From: a virus
IMG/VR virus record: IMGVR_UViG_3300032893_000015
Location: 36,611-100,610 of that record
Reading direction: 5' to 3' (one strand)
Length of the DNA: 64,000 nucleotides
The first letter of the stretch is position 1. The number at the start of each line of letters is the position of its first letter. The notes below the pieces were generated by a model that did no database searches, had not been told where the DNA came from, and was given only the letters and a program-made list of their open reading frames with translations. The translations under genes and the position numbers were made by a program. This document shows, piece after piece, positions 9,516 through 19,375 of this stretch.

Positions 9516-10188
9516 GGCGCATCGCCTCCAGTACCCTCTCCGGCTTGGTCTCTCCCGAGATGACCCCGAGGGCCTTCTCGAACTCCGTGTGTTGCTTCTC
9601 GCTGTAGTACAGCTGCACGACGCGTTGGTGCTGCGCCTTGCCGCTCGGCATGTCGATGCTGCCGGGGGGTGGAGGTTGTGCGTCGATGCCTTGCTCGAGA
9701 GTGTTGCTCTCCTCCTCGGCCATCATCCGCATGTACTCCTCCCCTTCGATACCGAGCTCGAAGGCAAGATCCTCCACTTCCATCTGCGGTTCGATGCCGC
9801 GCACGAGCATCGCCAGTTGCCGCTTGTCGAGCTGACCATGTCGGTAGATGAACTTGAGCGTCAGCGCCTTGGCTTGCTCCTCGGTAAGGCCATCGATCAC
9901 CTGCATGGGCCCCATCTCCATGCCGAGATCCCTCCCGACCATCCACCGATGCTCCCCATCGATGATGACGTTCCTCGGGTTCCCTTTCTCGTCCTTGCCC
10001 CAGACGAGGAGGGCTTGGCTACTCAGCCACCCTGCCGACTGGATCCCCTTTCGGAGACTCCTGAGCATATACGGCGTCATCTCGTTGGGGTTCCACGTAT
10101 TGGGCCGCACGCTGTTGAGCGGCAGCAGCTTCACCTCCCCGATGACTTTCACCTGCTGTTCGGGCTTGCGCGCCTTTCTCGTTTTCAT
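9490..10188 (-). CDS. ParB/Srx-like N-terminal domain protein
   Basis: PNTWNPNEM...IIDGEHRW motif. Confidence 0.8.
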   Translation of the reverse strand: MKTRKARKPEQQVKVIGEVKLLPLNSVRPNTWNPNEMTPYMLRSLRKGIQSAGWLSSQALLVWGKDEKGNPRNVIIDGEHRWMVGRDLGMEMGPMQVIDGLTEEQAKALTLKFIYRHGQLDKRQLAMLVRGIEPQMEVEDLAFELGIEGEEYMRMMAEEESNTLEQGIDAQPPPPGSIDMPSGKAQHQRVVQLYYSEKQHTEFEKALGVISGETKPERVLEAMRRVSRAPAQ

Positions 10189-10847
10189 GTCGCCTTCGCC
10201 GCCCGCTTGACGGCCTCGAACACCGTCGTCGACAAGTCCTTCGTGCCCCACTTCTTCGCGAGCGCCAGGGACATCGCATGGAACTCCTCGTACTGCTTCG
10301 GGCTGAACTTTAGCTGCACCGGTTTCACTTCCTGCACCGGCTTCTCCGGCTCGATGCTCGCCTCTTCCATGGCTAGGTACTTCACCAGTTCCCTTTCGGG
10401 GATTCCCAGGTCGAGGGCCCTGGTCCCTTCGTCCATCGCCCCCTCCAGCGTCTTGAGCACGAGCGCCATCTTCTCGTCGTCGGGCTGCCCGCGCTTTGCA
10501 TCGAGCTTCACGGTCAGCGCCTTGGCCTCCACCTCCGTGATCCCGTCCAGGAACACCATCGGCCCGAGCTCCAAGCCGAGCTCCTTCGCGATGCCGTGCC
10601 TTTGCTCACCATCGATGATGAGGTTTCGCTCTTTACCTTTTTCGTCCTTCCCCCACACCGTCATCGACTGACTGACCAGCCACCCATCGTGCACGAGTCC
10701 GTACTTGATGCTCTCGCGCTCGAAGGCCGTGAGCCGGTTCGGGTTCCACCCATTCGGCTGCACACTCGCGAGCGGTCGCAGGACCACCTTACCCACGATC
10801 CTCGGCACGTCAGGTACCGGTGTGGCTGCTGCTGTTTTCTTTCTCAT
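10185..10847 (-). CDS. ParB/Srx-like N-terminal domain protein (paralog)
   Basis: PNGWNPNRL...IIDGEQRH; shares VWGKDEKG with the neighbouring paralog. Confidence 0.8.
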   Translation of the reverse strand: MRKKTAAATPVPDVPRIVGKVVLRPLASVQPNGWNPNRLTAFERESIKYGLVHDGWLVSQSMTVWGKDEKGKERNLIIDGEQRHGIAKELGLELGPMVFLDGITEVEAKALTVKLDAKRGQPDDEKMALVLKTLEGAMDEGTRALDLGIPERELVKYLAMEEASIEPEKPVQEVKPVQLKFSPKQYEEFHAMSLALAKKWGTKDLSTTVFEAVKRAAKAT

Positions 10848-11359
10848 CGTTTTGCGCCTCGCCGCCTTGTTGTACCACCCCCGTTCACGAAGCGCGGCGC
10901 CGCACACGTAAGCATCTGCTTCGCCGGCACCAGCGTCACCTCATGATGCCTGGGCACTCCGTACGTGAGCGCAAGCAGATGTCGATAGGGTGCCGGCAGC
11001 ACCACGTACCACTCCTTCTTGTTCTGCCGGAGCCAAAGCATCGGTTCCTTCTTCATCTCCTTGGCTTGCCCCTCGGCCTGCGTCCACCAAGTCCAAACGG
11101 GTGACTGCTTCCCGGTAACGAACTGGACCCAGGACCAGTCCTCCCTCCGCTTCACCTCGACGCTGAAGGGGAAGGTATTGGCCGTCGTCATAACGTCCCC
11201 TGAGGCTTGGAACTCCCCCCGTAGCTTCGGCCCGCCCCACCCTCCGCTGAGGGGCGTCCGCACAAACTGGCACCCGGGCTCCACCGCCTGCCACCAGGCA
11301 CCCAGCAGCGCCGCCACTTCCCTCTCCGCCTCGCTGCCCTTGCGCCGACCCAGCGTCAC
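10844..11359 (-). CDS. Holliday junction resolvase, PD-(D/E)xK family
   Basis: KGSEAEREVA, RTPLSGG, GDV, SVEVKRRE. Confidence 0.75.
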   Translation of the reverse strand: MTLGRRKGSEAEREVAALLGAWWQAVEPGCQFVRTPLSGGWGGPKLRGEFQASGDVMTTANTFPFSVEVKRREDWSWVQFVTGKQSPVWTWWTQAEGQAKEMKKEPMLWLRQNKKEWYVVLPAPYRHLLALTYGVPRHHEVTLVPAKQMLTCAAPRFVNGGGTTRRRGAKR

Positions 11360-11715
11360 TTCCGTTGCCCTGGCTCGTAGTAGCCCTGCACGAGCTTCGC
11401 CTGGTGCTCTCCTTCGTCCGGTGTCGCTACCAACGTGTCTGCCCATTCCGCAATGGGCTTTGCATCATCGAGCGGACGCTTCGGGTGGCGGAAGGTCCCC
11501 GCCTGCACGAGTGCCAACGCTGCCTTCTTGTTGACGGCGTACACGTAAAAGTCGAGCACCTGCACCCCCTGGTCGGGCTCGTTGTGCATCGCCGTCACCT
11601 TCCACCGTGGTGGCGTCACCTTCGTTCCCATCGCCTTTCGCAGCTTGTCGGGTGGAAACGTTTCCCACTTCCCCCGTTCGTTGTGTGCGACACCGTTGGG
11701 CTTCTCCGTCTTCAT
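11356..11715 (-). CDS. hypothetical protein
   Basis: Coupled ORF. Confidence 0.55.
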   Translation of the reverse strand: MKTEKPNGVAHNERGKWETFPPDKLRKAMGTKVTPPRWKVTAMHNEPDQGVQVLDFYVYAVNKKAALALVQAGTFRHPKRPLDDAKPIAEWADTLVATPDEGEHQAKLVQGYYEPGQRK

Positions 11716-13655
11716 GTGACCACCCTAACCTCGCTTCGTCCCCCGCGTCCCGTGATCAGGATGCTCCCTGGCAGGGTGTCGAGAGCCGCTGCGTGGTGCG
11801 CGACGACGAACGCTTGATCGAACCCCGCCGCCTTCAGCATCCCGGGTAAGTGCCTACCGACGCTCCCCCGGTGCTCCTCGTCCAGGTGCCCGAACGGCTC
11901 ATCGATGCACGCCGTGGTCCAGGGATTGGAAACCCGGGTTTCCAATCTCCCCCTCAGCCACCGGCTCGCCCCCAGTTGCAGCGCCAACCCGGCCAGGTCC
12001 TCCGCCCCTCCGCTTCGCCCGAATTGAAACTCCAACCTGTTGACGGTATTCGGGCCCCGGGGGGCGTGGCACCGCTGACACTCCTTCACCTTCGCGCTGT
12101 CCGGGAACGGCATCCCGCACGCGTCGCACGTCCTGGCCAGTCCCTTCCCCTGCTGCTCCCAGCTCGCCTCGACGCGCAGCCCAATGCCGCACGCGCCCAG
12201 CACGTGGTCGTTGGCCACCTCCTGCACGATCTTGAGCACGCCTTGCGCCAGCCTCCTCTGGGCTCCCTGCCGCCCCAGGATGGTCGCCGCCTCGCGCCTG
12301 GCCTGCTGCTCCTGACCTAGCGTATTGGCGATATCCCGCATCCTCGCCCTGGTCATTCGTAGCGCGTTGATCCGCGCCATCGTCGTCGCCAGCTTCTCCG
12401 CCCTGACGGTCACCTCTTGGCGCAGCCGCATCGCCTGATCCAGTGCCCTGTTCGCCGTCTCCCGCGATTCGGTCATGTCGACGTTCCCCGCCCGACACGT
12501 CGCCACGTACGCCGGCTTCAGATTCTCGAGTCGCTGGCGCATCCCCTGCAGCCTTCCGTGGTCCCGGTCCGCCGCCTGTCTGATGGCCTCGTAGTGATTC
12601 TTCTCCCGCATCCACCGCTGCACCGCTTCCGCCGCCTGCTGCACCTGCGTTGTCACCTCACGAGCGGCTGCGGTGTTCTGCTCGGTACGGCGATTGATCT
12701 CGTCGGTAGCGGGGCACTGTATACCCGCCACGGGACACCGTCCGTCAAACTGCCCTCGTGCCAGCTGCTGCAGCTGCCCGAGGCGTCGGCTCTGCGCCGC
12801 GTGGCCCATCTGCGCCTCCAGGTACATCTGCTCCACTTGCTTGGCGTGCTTTGGGTCCGGCGCTGGCTTCGCTTGCCGTTCCAACAAGACGATTGCCTGT
12901 TGCAGTTCCTCGTATTCGCGTTGGACGGCCAAACCCCGTTCCCTCTCCGCACACGCTTCCACCGCCAACCGTGTATCTAGCAACTTTGCCTCTGCGTGCT
13001 TTAGTTGCACTTCCAACTCGTCGAGCTTCGCCTCCATCTCCTTGAGCGACTGCCCTTCGCTGAGGGCTCTGTCTTCCTGCTCCGAGACTTGGATGGCAGC
13101 GTTGAGCTCCTCGAGCGCCTTGGACACCTGCAGTAGCTTCCCCCGGTTGCTCTCCTCCGCTCGCTCCAACCTATTGAGCCCCGCCCACCCTGCAACGATG
13201 CTCGTGCGCTCTTCGGGCGCCATGAGCACCATGCGCGCGAGCTGACGCTGCCCGAAATAGCAGCTCGCCTCGAAGTCCTCTCGCGTCAGGCCCATGACCT
13301 TCACGATGCACTCTTGCGCATCCTCTTGCGCGAGCACCGTTCCTCCGCGTGCCACCTTCAGCCGCGTTGTCTTTCCGCGCGTGCGCTCGCGCGCGATGTG
13401 CAGGTCTCCGAACGCGAGCTCGACAGCGCCTTCCTTTTCGCCGTCGGTGATCCAGCTGTCCTCGTACCGATGCCGGTGCACTCCGTAGAGAGCGAACCGA
13501 ATCGCTTCGAGCAGGCTCGTCTTCCCTCGCCAGTTGCTGAGCCCCGGGTTGGTCTCGTCGCGTGCTACGACGGCGTACGCCACCTTGCGCAACTCGAGTT
13601 CGTGCTCCCCTCCGAACCGCATCCAGTTGCGCAGCGCCAGAAACGAGATGCTCAC
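11712..13655 (-). CDS. SbcC/Rad50-like SMC ATPase
   Basis: Walker A-like SNWRGKTS, Q-loop FGQ, long coiled coil, central Cys cluster, signature RSGG, Walker B/D-loop IDEPFGHLD, H-loop VVAHH. Confidence 0.88.
   Translation of the reverse strand: MSISFLALRNWMRFGGEHELELRKVAYAVVARDETNPGLSNWRGKTSLLEAIRFALYGVHRHRYEDSWITDGEKEGAVELAFGDLHIARERTRGKTTRLKVARGGTVLAQEDAQECIVKVMGLTREDFEASCYFGQRQLARMVLMAPEERTSIVAGWAGLNRLERAEESNRGKLLQVSKALEELNAAIQVSEQEDRALSEGQSLKEMEAKLDELEVQLKHAEAKLLDTRLAVEACAERERGLAVQREYEELQQAIVLLERQAKPAPDPKHAKQVEQMYLEAQMGHAAQSRRLGQLQQLARGQFDGRCPVAGIQCPATDEINRRTEQNTAAAREVTTQVQQAAEAVQRWMREKNHYEAIRQAADRDHGRLQGMRQRLENLKPAYVATCRAGNVDMTESRETANRALDQAMRLRQEVTVRAEKLATTMARINALRMTRARMRDIANTLGQEQQARREAATILGRQGAQRRLAQGVLKIVQEVANDHVLGACGIGLRVEASWEQQGKGLARTCDACGMPFPDSAKVKECQRCHAPRGPNTVNRLEFQFGRSGGAEDLAGLALQLGASRWLRGRLETRVSNPWTTACIDEPFGHLDEEHRGSVGRHLPGMLKAAGFDQAFVVAHHAAALDTLPGSILITGRGGRSEVRVVT
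11924..11947. repeat. 24-bp palindrome copy 1 (inside the SbcC-like gene)
   Basis: GATTGGAAACCCGGGTTTCCAATC, exact. Confidence 0.95.
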
Positions 13656-13972
13656 GCGTCGACCAGCTCACGGAGAATTACGTCAATCTCCCTATCCTCA
13701 TTCCCCACCAACAGCCCCAAGATCCTCCTCCTCGCTGCTTCGATTCTCTTCGGGTCCTTGATCGCCTGGCGTTGCTCGACGAGCTTCGTCATCTCCCCCT
13801 GCAACTCGTCTACCTGCCTTTGCGCATGGTCCCGCTCTTCGAACAAACTCCGCAACTGACTCTCGAGTATCACGATCAAGCCAACCTTCTCGATTCGAAA
13901 ACCTGACTCGAGTTCTGCCACCCGCTCCTTCAACCGATCGATCTCTTCCACGAGTGCAAACTCGAGACTCAT
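13652..13972 (-). CDS. hypothetical coiled-coil protein
   Basis: Coupled ORF with heptad pattern. Confidence 0.6.
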   Translation of the reverse strand: MSLEFALVEEIDRLKERVAELESGFRIEKVGLIVILESQLRSLFEERDHAQRQVDELQGEMTKLVEQRQAIKDPKRIEAARRRILGLLVGNEDREIDVILRELVDA

Positions 13973-14442
13973 AGCCCCGCCTCCGCCATCGCCTCTTCGA
14001 CGACCTTCGCGAGCAACTCGCGATTCTGCGTATTCGCCTCCGCCACCATACTGGTCACCAGCTCCCTTTCCCCCACCGCCAGCTCCGCCTCTTGCCGCGC
14101 TTGCTCCCGGACCACCGCATCTGGCGCTGTCGACCTATCGATGCGTACGGCCGCCGCCCCGTTCTGCAGGAGCACTTTCTTCAGGGCCTCCGCGCGCTCC
14201 TCGCCTCCGGGTGGTGGCTGCAGTCGAATGATCTCCCCTTGTAGCTTCCCCTCCGGGTCGACCACCGCCCAGTCCCCGATCCCCTTCCCATCGGTCCAGC
14301 AGAACGCCGAGGGCGGCACCGTCCTCAGTCTCCGGGTCCCTCGTATCTCGACCGCCGTCACCTTCGATTGGAAACCCGGGTTTCCAATGTCCACGACGAC
14401 GTAAGGATCGATCGACCTCTGCACCTTGTGCCGGCCTCCCAC
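13969..14442 (-). CDS. hypothetical protein (possibly a separated SbcD C-terminal domain)
   Basis: Lies directly after a short SbcD-like nuclease; the functional guess is positional. Confidence 0.45.
   Translation of the reverse strand: MGGRHKVQRSIDPYVVVDIGNPGFQSKVTAVEIRGTRRLRTVPPSAFCWTDGKGIGDWAVVDPEGKLQGEIIRLQPPPGGEERAEALKKVLLQNGAAAVRIDRSTAPDAVVREQARQEAELAVGERELVTSMVAEANTQNRELLAKVVEEAMAEAGL
14366..14389. repeat. 24-bp palindrome copy 2 (inside a CDS)
   Basis: GATTGGAAACCCGGGTTTCCAATG, 23/24. Confidence 0.95.
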
Positions 14443-14443
14443 G

Positions 14444-15199
14444 TCACGCCTCCACGAGGAGATACCCGGGGGTGTGCTTCTCCTCCGCGAACGTCAACCG
14501 AGCCACACTCCCCGGGATGTGTATGACGTACTCCTGCCCCGCCGGCCTGAAGGCTTGTCGTCGGTGGTAGTGCCCGTTGATGACGATCTTCGGTCCCGTC
14601 AACTTCCCCACCTCCTCCACCGGAAAGACCACCTCCCTCCCCCGCGGCATCTCCGTTGTCTCCTCCCCGGGCTGCACGCCTGGGATATGCAGATGTCCCA
14701 GTACAAGGATTGGGCGTTCGCTCCGTTTCGCTCTCTGCTCCGCCGCCGCCTTCACCTGAAAGACTGGGTCGTACGCGTGACTGGTCGCCGTATAGGGCAA
14801 CCCCAGCACGTCCACCCACGTGTCCTCGTGCTTGTCGAGCTGCATGCTCCAGACGCCCGGTTGCTGGAACACGTAGATTCCGTGTGGCATGCCTGCCATC
14901 GGGTGCAACACCGTCTGCCCCGTCCCCGTCTCCTGCACGTCGTGATTGCCCGCCACGCAGATGACTCTGATGTGGTGGTGCCTGAGGATCGTGCTCGCCT
15001 GCACCATCATACCCAGCGCCGCTATGACAGCCACCGGCTCGTCCGGGTCGCAGAGATCGCCGGTAAAGATCCAGGCATCGGCGTGGTGATTCACCGCCGC
15101 GTACACGCTCTCCGTCACCGCCGCTTGGATCTCGGCTGCGCGTGGCACTCCGCACGTCTTCCAGTCGTGATGCAAGTCGCTGACGACGACGAACTTCAT
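14444..15199 (-). CDS. SbcD/Mre11-like metallophosphoesterase nuclease
   Basis: SDLH, GDLCD, GNHD, GHLH, GHYH motifs. Confidence 0.9.
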   Translation of the reverse strand: MKFVVVSDLHHDWKTCGVPRAAEIQAAVTESVYAAVNHHADAWIFTGDLCDPDEPVAVIAALGMMVQASTILRHHHIRVICVAGNHDVQETGTGQTVLHPMAGMPHGIYVFQQPGVWSMQLDKHEDTWVDVLGLPYTATSHAYDPVFQVKAAAEQRAKRSERPILVLGHLHIPGVQPGEETTEMPRGREVVFPVEEVGKLTGPKIVINGHYHRRQAFRPAGQEYVIHIPGSVARLTFAEEKHTPGYLLVEA

Positions 15200-16416
15200 C
15201 GTTCGACCACTTCCCCGTCCGCCGTGATCTCCACCGGTGGATGCTCTTCGAAGTGCCTGCGTACTTCTGTCTCGAGCAGGAAGAGCTTGTCCTTGGCCAC
15301 GGGTCCGCTGAGCGCACGCACGGCTGCGTGCTCCCCTTGCCATCGGCTGCTGGTGGTGGCCCCTGCCCACGTAAGCCAACTCCCCTTCGTGCTGACGATA
15401 TCGAACCGCCGTGCCAGTTCGACGACGTCCCTTGCCCGGTCATACCCCTCCGGCACGAGCACTCCATTCGAAGTGTGGAAATAGAACTGCGTCTCGCGGT
15501 CCTCCTTCCCCCCGACTTTCGTTTTCTTGATCGTGCCCAGGTGCCTCTCCCCGTACACCTTCCTGGGTTCTCCGGTGTCGCCGCCTCCGTCCCCGACCCA
15601 CTTCGCCCGCTCGATGCGCACGACCAGGCTCGCGTCGTAGTAGATGGCGCTCCCCCCTCCAACCTTGTAGTCGTTGCCGAAGCGCTTCGCCCAGACGTCC
15701 GCCTCCGGATCGACCATCTCCCGGGCGATAGCCACAAAGCTCGCCTGCGCGTGTTCAAGCAACGGCACGAGCTCGTCCATCCACGCCGCGTTCATCTTCG
15801 CCTTCAGCTGCGCTCCGCGATCCCGTCCCGCCGTCACCTTTTTCCCGGGTGCTTGCTTCCGGTCCTCGCGCTCCGCCTTGATGATCTCGTCGAGCAGGTC
15901 CTTGGGCACGAGCTTGCGAAGGCTGTCACACACGACGATGGCCGCCGTATCGGGGGGCACCTTCCCCGCCTTACGGGCACTCGCCGCGATGTTCAGGAAC
16001 TCGCGCACCTCCGCGATGGTCTGTTCGTAGCTCCCTGGCTTCATGGCAAAAAAGCCCGGATGGTCGAACGTCGCCGAGCCCATGAGCTTTTCCACCCACG
16101 TGCCTGGTGTCGTCCGCTCCGCATCGATGTACAGCGCGAAATGATCCCGTTCGAGAAAGCTCTCGACTAGCCCCAACGCAAAGATGGTCTTTCCCTCGTT
16201 GCTCGGTCCGTGCAGTAGCGAAAAGCGCTCGACGGGCCACCCTCCAACCTTCGTCGCGTGGTCCAGCTGCACGAAGCGCGTGGGCACCGCTTTGACGGCC
16301 GTGAGCACCTCGCGTGCGGGCCGGAACCTGTCGAACCTCTTGGCCACGCCCTCCAGGGCGCTCTTGCGCGGACGCGGCTCCCGCGCATCCGCCACCACCC
16401 GATGTCGCCCGCCCAC
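15196..16416 (-). CDS. RecA/UvsX-like recombinase
   Basis: LDHATKVGGWP, GPSNEGKT, YIDAE, IVVCDS, GGSAIYYDASLVVRI, KTKVG. Confidence 0.9.
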   Translation of the reverse strand: MGGRHRVVADAREPRPRKSALEGVAKRFDRFRPAREVLTAVKAVPTRFVQLDHATKVGGWPVERFSLLHGPSNEGKTIFALGLVESFLERDHFALYIDAERTTPGTWVEKLMGSATFDHPGFFAMKPGSYEQTIAEVREFLNIAASARKAGKVPPDTAAIVVCDSLRKLVPKDLLDEIIKAEREDRKQAPGKKVTAGRDRGAQLKAKMNAAWMDELVPLLEHAQASFVAIAREMVDPEADVWAKRFGNDYKVGGGSAIYYDASLVVRIERAKWVGDGGGDTGEPRKVYGERHLGTIKKTKVGGKEDRETQFYFHTSNGVLVPEGYDRARDVVELARRFDIVSTKGSWLTWAGATTSSRWQGEHAAVRALSGPVAKDKLFLLETEVRRHFEEHPPVEITADGEVVER

Positions 16417-16420
16417 CGGG

Positions 16421-17707
16421 CTACTGCCCCTTGCCCCAGGGTAGGTTGTCCTCGTTGACGTCTCCCGGAGCTTCGTTGGCGGGCCCCGGTGAACGCCGCT
16501 TGCGTCGCTTGGCCATCGTGGGGGCCGGTGGTGGTGTTGGAGCTGCCGCCGTCGTCACCGCGTACTGCTTACCGCAATGCGGGCACTGCGGAGCCACCGC
16601 CAACATCGGCTTGCCGCACCCGTCACAGCCCACGATCTCGTCCTCGTCAATAACGCCAGGGGGTGAGGGCTGCTGTTGTGTCGCTGGTATCCTGAACGTC
16701 GTCTGCGCAGTTTGCATCGTGGATTGTGCAGGCGCGTTCGCTCCGTAAGGGAAGTCCGCCGCCGTTGCCTGCGGACGTGCTGCCCCGGCGAAGATCTGGT
16801 CCCACGGCACCAGCTGCCGAACCGTGCAGTGCCTCTCGAGCATCGTCCGCATCGTCACCGGATCGAACGGCTGCAGGTACCCGCTGAGGTCCGGCTTGGG
16901 TCCGCGGATTACTTCTGCAACCGCTGGCGTGAGCGGCATTTGCTCCATACGCACGGCCGAATACTTCCGGTCGGGGCGTGGCTGTTTTTTATCGTAGATC
17001 CATTTGATGGCATACGGATTGAGGAACGGGTCTCCGCCCTGCCTTCCGAGTGACTTGACGGCCTTCTCGATGACGTCTTTCACCTCGTCGCCGAGCCCCC
17101 CTGTCTCCACCGCCACCTGCACTCCCGCTTCCGGTGCGCTGTTGACGCAGACGGCGAAGAGATAAGACATCTTCGCCATCATGTTCTCTTTGAACGATTC
17201 GCGCAGGGAGATGCCCTCGTCCTTGAGCATGCGCTTGTCGTCCGGATCCATGTCCTCTTCGCGGTAACTACCGTACGCCCCTCCCGCGTGGATGATGATC
17301 GACTCCTCTGGATCGTCCGCCTCGAACTGCAAAAAGGGCTGCGTCCAGCCGATGACTCGCTCTTGCACCGCCACTTCCAGCCAGTTGAGTAGCTTGCACA
17401 CGGGGCAAGTCCTGGGTGGGAACTTTCTCCTCCCGGTGTCGTCCGTCCGGTACTGCTTCTTCAGGATCCCTTCGTCCTCGGGACAGTTGTACGGTCGGCT
17501 CCAGACGCGCGTGACTTGTTCACCGCTGTCTCTGTCGTCGAGCACGACCACAGTTGGTATCCGGTGCTGCCAGAGCGCGATGGGCATCACCTTCGTGTGC
17601 AGCCACACGTCGACTTCCCCGTCTTCCCTCCACTTCAAAAAGTCGCCGCTCTTCTCGCTCGCTCGGTGACTGAGAAACTCTTCGAGCGTGGCCATCTCAC
17701 GTGACAT
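16421..17707 (-). CDS. putative single-stranded DNA-binding protein with C-terminal Zn ribbon
   Basis: C...CPVC Zn site, position next to RecA, acidic EDNLPW tail typical of SSBs. Confidence 0.55.
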   Translation of the reverse strand: MSREMATLEEFLSHRASEKSGDFLKWREDGEVDVWLHTKVMPIALWQHRIPTVVVLDDRDSGEQVTRVWSRPYNCPEDEGILKKQYRTDDTGRRKFPPRTCPVCKLLNWLEVAVQERVIGWTQPFLQFEADDPEESIIIHAGGAYGSYREEDMDPDDKRMLKDEGISLRESFKENMMAKMSYLFAVCVNSAPEAGVQVAVETGGLGDEVKDVIEKAVKSLGRQGGDPFLNPYAIKWIYDKKQPRPDRKYSAVRMEQMPLTPAVAEVIRGPKPDLSGYLQPFDPVTMRTMLERHCTVRQLVPWDQIFAGAARPQATAADFPYGANAPAQSTMQTAQTTFRIPATQQQPSPPGVIDEDEIVGCDGCGKPMLAVAPQCPHCGKQYAVTTAAAPTPPPAPTMAKRRKRRSPGPANEAPGDVNEDNLPWGKGQ

Positions 17708-17727
17708 GGGTCTTCTTGTCCTTCCTT

Positions 17728-18324
17728 CTAGGGAACGCCTAATGCCTGCTCCAACGAAGCGATCACCGTATTCGCGAACTCGACCAGTAGTCTCGGATCG
17801 TCCGGATACAAACCCACTGCCGCCTTTGGCGCTGCCCGAATACCCATGTACTCCAGCACCTCTTTCATCCGCCGAGCGTAGGCTGCCGCTTCGAGCAACG
17901 GCATCCGCTGTTCCGGTTTGATGGTGGTGTCGAGCGGTTCCCACGTCCACCAACGCACTCGCGTCGCCCCCCGCGTAAAGCCCCACTCCTGCGGTGAGAA
18001 CTTCACCGTTCTTGGATAGTGCTGCACTGCTCGGGCCATAGTGGCTAGTTCTACAGATTCGTAAATGGGCACTTCGTAAACTCGGTGCTCCGGCTTCGAC
18101 CCGAGCTCGAACACGTGCACCAGCTTCCCACTTCGATCTAGGTAACTGCGCTCCACTGGACGTGCTGGCTCGTACCGGACGACTGGGTTCGCTGCTGCGA
18201 TCGACCTCGCCTTGTCGGTGAGCTTGTCCTGTAGCGGTAAGGGAAGGTTGCCTTTGACGTATCGCTCCGCCATCTCCCGTTGCTCGCGCAGCCGCCGCAA
18301 CTCTCTCCGCCCGCTCTTCTTCAT
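17728..18324 (-). CDS. hypothetical protein
   Basis: MKKSGRRE... ORF within the operon. Confidence 0.55.
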   Translation of the reverse strand: MKKSGRRELRRLREQREMAERYVKGNLPLPLQDKLTDKARSIAAANPVVRYEPARPVERSYLDRSGKLVHVFELGSKPEHRVYEVPIYESVELATMARAVQHYPRTVKFSPQEWGFTRGATRVRWWTWEPLDTTIKPEQRMPLLEAAAYARRMKEVLEYMGIRAAPKAAVGLYPDDPRLLVEFANTVIASLEQALGVP

Positions 18325-18476
18325 CGGTTCCCCATCGCCTCGAACGTCATCGCGCAGCTCCAGAAAGCCAGCAGCACCGGGACGAGAATGCACACGAGCG
18401 CAATCTCGTCCTTGTACCACTCCACGAACCTCTCCAGCTTCCCCTTTGGGCGCTGGTAGTAGTGCCTCTCGATCAT
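18321..18476 (-). CDS. small membrane protein
   Basis: One TM segment; coupled. Confidence 0.4.
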   Translation of the reverse strand: MIERHYYQRPKGKLERFVEWYKDEIALVCILVPVLLAFWSCAMTFEAMGNR

Positions 18477-18486
18477 CGCTTTTTTC

Positions 18487-19350
18487 TCACCTCTGCTTGC
18501 TGAGCAGCACTTGCAAGCTCTTGCACCTGCTGGCCCACATCTCCGCGAGGTTCCCCATCGAGTCGACCATACTCTTGACGCGCACCCGCTCCACCTCCTG
18601 CGCGCGCCATTGGTCCGGGTGCATCGCCGCCGCTCGGCTCTCCACGTCCGCGTCCGTGATCTGCTTCGAACGTAGTCCCTTGTCCTTCTCGTACTGCAGG
18701 CTCCGGGTGGCTTCCGTACGCATCGCCGCGAACACGACGTCGTTCTCCAGCTCCCAGCGCTTTCGCTCCTGGATGGCACCTTGCCAGAGTCTATGGGCGA
18801 TGCGCGCATTCGCCTCCGCTTCGTCCAGCGCCTTGATCATGACGCCGTACTCTCCTCGTTGCTCCCCGATGCGCAGCCCCGTTTCCAGCTGTTCGTAGGC
18901 CGCCGTGGGATCCGTGACGACGAGCTTCTCCATGATCCGTTCGAACGCCGGATCGATTGGTACTTGTGTGGTCGCATTGGCGCTCGCCCAATCCGTTGGG
19001 CTCGTGTTGACGCTCGCGATCTCCTTCTGCTCCTCCTCGTGGATAGCCTGCTGCAGGGGTGCTGTCGCCTGGTCCACTTCCGCCTTCCGCCTTCTTCGAC
19101 GTGGCGGTTGTTCCGCCGCCGCCTCGGTGCCCATCTCCCCGCGCTGCTGCTCGGTGGACTGCATCCAGAGCATGGCCTGCTCCATGCCCAAGTCCTCTGC
19201 CACTCCCATGGCCCCTCCGTGCCCGTTGCTGCAGGTATCCCCGCCTGGTGACTTTACCTGCGGCTGCCCGCACACCGCACAATAGGCCCTCTTCCCGTCC
19301 GGTAGCAGCGCCGGCACCGGTTGTGTCTGTACCTCACTCCGTTTTCGCAT
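18487..19350 (-). CDS. hypothetical protein, C-terminal helical region reminiscent of UvsY-type recombination mediators
   Basis: N-terminal CAVC...C..GH Zn motif, ITDADVES helical region, position near RecA/SSB. Confidence 0.45.
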   Translation of the reverse strand: MRKRSEVQTQPVPALLPDGKRAYCAVCGQPQVKSPGGDTCSNGHGGAMGVAEDLGMEQAMLWMQSTEQQRGEMGTEAAAEQPPRRRRRKAEVDQATAPLQQAIHEEEQKEIASVNTSPTDWASANATTQVPIDPAFERIMEKLVVTDPTAAYEQLETGLRIGEQRGEYGVMIKALDEAEANARIAHRLWQGAIQERKRWELENDVVFAAMRTEATRSLQYEKDKGLRSKQITDADVESRAAAMHPDQWRAQEVERVRVKSMVDSMGNLAEMWASRCKSLQVLLSKQR

Positions 19351-19375
19351 AACGCGGCCTCATGCCGCGTGGTGC

